Of a stretch of DNA of 64,000 bases, positions 59,761 through 64,000 are shown in pieces. The stretch covers positions 241,430,001-241,494,000 of the forward strand of contig NC_086097.1 in NCBI RefSeq assembly GCF_963921235.1. The letters run 5' to 3'. Both the position numbers and the translations under genes were made by a program. This stretch comes from Mobula hypostoma (taxonomy: Eukaryota). Under the pieces are notes generated by a model, which worked only from the letters and a program-made list of their open reading frames with translations, did not search any database and was not told where the DNA came from. Each line of letters starts with the position of its first letter. Within the stretch, counting starts at the first letter, position 1.

Positions 59761-60697
59761 GTAGCCAAGTTTCCATCGAACTCAATATATAAGTTTGCTG
59801 ATGACAAAACAATTGTAGGCCATATCTCGGGTAATGATGAGTTTAAGTACAGAGAGGAAATTAAGAACCTGGTGGCATGGTGCAAAGACAATAACCTATC
59901 CCTCAACGTCAGCAAGACGAAGGAATTCGTTGTTGACTTCAGAAGGAGTAGCGGACCGCACGACCCCAGCTACATCGGTGGTACGCAAGTGGAACAGGTC
60001 AAAAGCTTTAAGTTCCTCGCGGTCAATATCACAAATGACCTGACTTGGTCCAACCAAGCAGAGTCCACTGCTAAGAAGGCCCACTAGTACCTTTATTTCC
60101 TGAGAAAACTAAAGAAATTTGGCCTGTCCCCTAAAACCCTCACTAATTTTTATAGATGCCCCGTAGAAAGCATTCTTCTAGGGTGCACCACAACCTGGTA
60201 TGGAAGTTGTCCTGTCCAAGACCGGAAGAAGCTGCAGAAGATCGTGAACACAGCCCAGCACATCACACAACCAATCTTCCGTCCTTGGACTCACTTTACA
60301 CTGCACACTGTTGGAGCAGTGCTGCCAGGATAATCAAGGACACGACCCACCCAGCCAACACACTTTTCATCCCTCTTCCCTCCGGGAGAAGGCTCAGGAG
60401 CTTGAAGACTCATACAGCCAGATTTGGGAACAGCTTCTTTCCAATTGTAATAAGACTGCTGAACGGATCCAGACCCGGATCTGGGCCGTACCCTCCAAAT
60501 ATCCGGACCTGCATCTCAGTTTTTTTTCACTACCTTACTTTACATTTTTCTATTTTCTATTTATGATTTATAATTTAAATTTTTAATATTTACTATCGAT
60601 TTGTAATCCAGGGAGCGGGAAGCGCAGAAGCAAATATCGTTGTGATGATTGTACATTCTAGTATCAATTTTTTGGCGACAATAAAGTAGAAAGTATG
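59761..60697 (+). mobile_element. Rex1/Babar LINE 3' fragment
   Basis: IYKFADDKTIVG...LSLNVSKTKEFVVDFRR...FKFLAVNI; LPSGRRLRS; tail aataaagtagaaagta. Confidence 0.9.
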
Positions 60698-61194
60698 AAG
60701 TAATAAGGTTGAAAGAGTACAGAGAAAACTTACAAGGATGCTACCAGGTCTGGAGGACCTGAGTTATAAAGAAAGATTGAGTAGGTTAGGACTGTAGAGT
60801 GTAGAAGATTGAGAGGAGATTTGATACAGGTATACAAAATTATGAGGGGTATAGATTCCTATAAATGCATGCAGGCTTTTTCCACTGAGGTTGGGTGTGA
60901 CTACAACCAAAGGTCATGACTTATGGGTGAAAGGTGAGAAGTTTAAGGGGAACATGAGGGGAACCTTCTTCACTCAGAGGGTGGTGAGAGTGTGGAATGA
61001 GCAGCCAGCACAAGTGGTGCATACGAGCACGATTTCAATGTGTAAGAGAGGATTGGATAGGGACATGGATAGTGGAGATAGGGAGGACTAATGGTCCCAG
61101 TGCAGGTCATTGGAAGCAGGCAGTTCAAATGATTTTTAGCATGGACTAGATGGGTCAAGGGGCCTCCTTCTTTGCTGTACTTCTCTATGACTCT

Positions 61195-61420
61195 AAGACC
61201 AGGGTTCAATTCCCGCAGGTATTTGGAAGGAGCTTGTACATTCTCCCCATGACCGCGTGGGTTTCTTCTGGGTGCGGCGGTTTCCTCCCACAGTCCAAAG
61301 ACATACCGGTTGATTGGTTAATTGGTCATTGTAAATTGTCCCATGAGTTTGCTAAGGTTGCTGGGCAGCAAGGCTCCAAGGACCAGAAGGGCCTATTCCA
61401 TGTTGTTTCTCCATGAATAA
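61195..61420 (+). mobile_element. V-SINE-like element
   Basis: gggttcaattcccg B-box plus V-domain-like core. Confidence 0.75.
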
Positions 61421-61549
61421 AAAATACATTTTTCAATGCCTCTGACAAAATAAGACATAGATAAACTATTACAACTGCAGTAAAGATGAAAAATAATAAT
61501 GATTAATTTTAAAAAGTTAACCAGAGCAATTAGAGGTATTAAAAGCATT

Positions 61550-62200
61550 GCTAGTGAGCAGTTTTGGGCCCCATATCTAAGAAAGGATGTGCTGGCGTTA
61601 GAGAGGGTCCGGAGGGGGATTGCAATAATGATCCCTGGAATGGAAGTGTTAAAGTATGAAGCGCATTTGATGGCTCTGACCCCATACTTGCTGGAGTTTA
61701 AGAGAATGGCACGGGGGGGGGGTGGGGGGGCGGGTTCATTGAGACCTACTAAACATTGAAAGGACCAGATAGAGTAGACACGGAAAGGATGTTTTCAATA
61801 GTGGGGGAGCCAAGGGGCAGAGGGCAATGCCTCATAATGCAAGAATATAAGGACATCCTTTTAGAACAGAGATTAGGGGGAATTTCTTTAGCAAGAGGGT
61901 GGTGAATCTGTGGAATCCATTGCCACAGACAGTTTTGGAAGCCAAGTCATTAGGTATATTTAAAGTGGAGGTTGATAGGCTTTTGATTTGTAAGATTATG
62001 GGGAAAAGATTTGATAGTTTCATATTCATAATCATTTATTTAACACATATATATTGGACATTTATTAATAATTTTCATTTGGGTTAACAACTGACACAAC
62101 CCAAAAAGGGGGCCAATATGAAAAATAGATCAGCCGTGACCGAACGGTGGAGCAGACATGAAGGGCCAAAAGGCTAATTTCTGCTCCTATGTCTTAAGGT
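61550..62200 (+). mobile_element. CR1 3' fragment
   Basis: EQFWAPYLRKDVLALERV; VVNLWNPLPQ. Confidence 0.8.
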
Positions 62201-62804
62201 CTTGTTCTAAACAGAAAGATTTTTTTAAAAAAGGTAACTTATTAGGCAGCCTTACAAATCCCATTTAAAGCAGTGGGTTTTCAGCTCTTGAGGGCTAAGA
62301 CAGGGCAGAATCTGAGGGGAATTTTTCAGTGTAACATTGGGGACTGAAAGTAAGTTTGAACCTTCCACAAAGAGTCCAACAATGGATCAGATGACAAATG
62401 TTGGTTGTGAATTTTCAGTGAGCAAGGACTTGTGCATCTGGTGACCAATGTGCAGAGGCCTCAGGCTTACTGGTTGTCCAAACAGTACATTCTCCCCATG
62501 ACCGTGTGGGTTTATCATCTGGAATTTGTTGTTCTTTTATTATGTATTTTTGATGACCCTGGTTCTGTATTGCACAAGGAACCATAATAATATTATTTTT
62601 GTTTTTGTTCTTTCTTTTTGTATTTGCACAGTTTGTTGTCTTTTGCACGCTGGTTGTCCACCCTATTGCTGTGGTCTGCCTTTGATTCTATCGTGGTTAT
62701 TGGATTTACTGCACATGCCCAGAAGAAAATGAATCTCAGGATAGTATATGGTGCCATGTCTGTAGTTTGAGAATAAATTTACTTCGAACTTTTGAGAGAA
62801 CCAC

Positions 62805-63060
62805 AACCTTGTTGTTGGGTTTGGAGGCTTGTGTGCCTCAGTGATCTGGAGAGCTATGTTGGCTGGACTCAGGGCCTTGTGCTTTGACTCTTGGTAGGGT
62901 CACCCATGCCAAATAAGTCAAAGGGTAAAGGCCAGAGTAAGAGTGGTCTATTGGTCCTCCAGATTCGGAGGTTCAGATGAGCTTTGACTAGTCAAAAGAC
63001 AAACTGTTATGGAAACAGCAATAAAGATGGAGGACCTAGGGTTGTAATGGGCAGTAAGTT
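62805..63060 (+). mobile_element. RTE-clade non-autonomous element, second copy
   Basis: Collinear with 13555-13925, with a larger internal deletion. Confidence 0.65.
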
Positions 63061-63329
63061 TGAATACTGAACTTTAACACTGTAATAGTATTACACTAAC
63101 CACTGTAATACTGTGTCACCTCCAGATAGCTTAAAGTGACCATCTACATCTAGGTAGCCAGTCCTGATGAAAGGTCAACTGGTTATTTTCATCTGTAGAT
63201 GCTACTGACCTGTTGAGTTCCTCCAGTACTTTGTATGTTGTTGAAGAGACTACTGGCTGATGGAGAGAGTTGCTTGGTGCCAGATGATAGCTAGCAGCAC
63301 AGGGTTAAAATGTAGAGTGGCAATTAATA

Positions 63330-63600
63330 AATATATAAGAAATAGGAGCAGAGTTGTCCATCTGGCCTGTCGAGCCTGCTCCTCCATTCAATAAGATCAT
63401 AGCTGATCTGGCTCTGGATGTAGCTTCACCTACCTACCTTTTCCTCAGAAATCTTTATGCAAAATTATAACTGTGTCTAAAATATATTCAGATCACAAAT
63501 CCCACAAATTCCACAAATTCACTACTCTCAGGGAAAAGCCATTCTTTCTGATCTCCATCCTAAATCTATTCTCCTGAATCTTGAGTCTACGTCCTCTCAT
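63330..63600 (-). mobile_element. CR1 3' fragment
   Basis: Homologous to 6077-6390. Confidence 0.8.
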
Positions 63601-64000
63601 TTGTGATCAGGAAACGTAAGCACAGGGATGGGGAGCACTACAGCCTGCTTTACGTCCCTGGAGAAACTCTCCTCCAAGCACCCTCACTGAGAGAAGCCTC
63701 TGCTAGATGAGCTGCCGAATCCCAAAACTTCAGTGGGGCACATTATGACTTGCTTGTGCGTACTTAAAATTGGGCTGTAAACCAGTGGAGGGAAAACATT
63801 CAGAAAGAAATTCAGATTCACTCCTGCACTAGCTCAAACCCAAAACATTATTATTAAACAACAAGGCCACATTTGTAATGGGTAAAGTGTGGAAATGCAG
63901 TGAACCAAACAATATTCTACTAGCCATGGTATAAATGGCATTTGCTAGCCAAGAAAAGTGCTGAGACAGGCTTGCAAAGGGTATTCAACACAGCAAATAC

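Larger units (their letters stand above)
54430..61195 (+). mobile_element. Old CR1 in pieces (5' end/ORF1 Zn-finger 54430-54825; ORF2 56612-57886, 59400-59760, 60698-61195) hosting three insertions
   Basis: PDDYTCKKCIQLQLL near 54625; RT motifs at 57465-57866; the three ORF2 pieces rejoin across the CR1 and Rex insertions; linking the 5' piece to the same copy is uncertain. Confidence 0.75.

Noticed and set aside
1..64000. Prokaryotic RT systems (retron, DGR, group II intron) or CRISPR array
   Set aside because: All RTs are eukaryotic non-LTR or Penelope types; there are no regularly spaced repeats or operon structure

Overview
Vertebrate nuclear DNA made almost entirely of nested transposable elements. 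I found no host protein-coding exon, rRNA, tRNA gene or CRISPR array. The repeat mix (abundant esterase-ORF1 CR1 LINEs with 7-8-mer tails, V-SINEs, Rex1/Babar and Penelope elements) suggests a cartilaginous fish such as a ray or shark, which is an inference. The window holds more than 20 CR1 pieces, including a young 5'-truncated copy with an intact 999-codon APE-RT ORF2 (18626-22546, -) nested in an old full-length CR1. It also holds Rex1/Babar and RTE-related fragments, Penelope-like elements (one with a ~495-codon open RT+GIY-YIG frame), a Gypsy integrase remnant with LTRs, tRNA-derived SINEs and a Tc1-like remnant. Top observations: (1) a U_UUA_AAC slippery heptamer sits immediately before the CR1 ORF1 stop, inside a 16-nt -1 overlap with an ORF2 that lacks an AUG upstream of its endonuclease, and it recurs in a diverged CR1 copy, making it a candidate programmed -1 ribosomal frameshift; (2) minimal type I hammerhead ribozymes lie in the Penelope terminal repeats; (3) small fold-back Penelope inserts, two with 14-bp TSDs, have inversion points at or near the ribozyme; (4) a ~650-bp non-coding retroposon family is present in three copies. 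Boundaries without a stated TSD are approximate.
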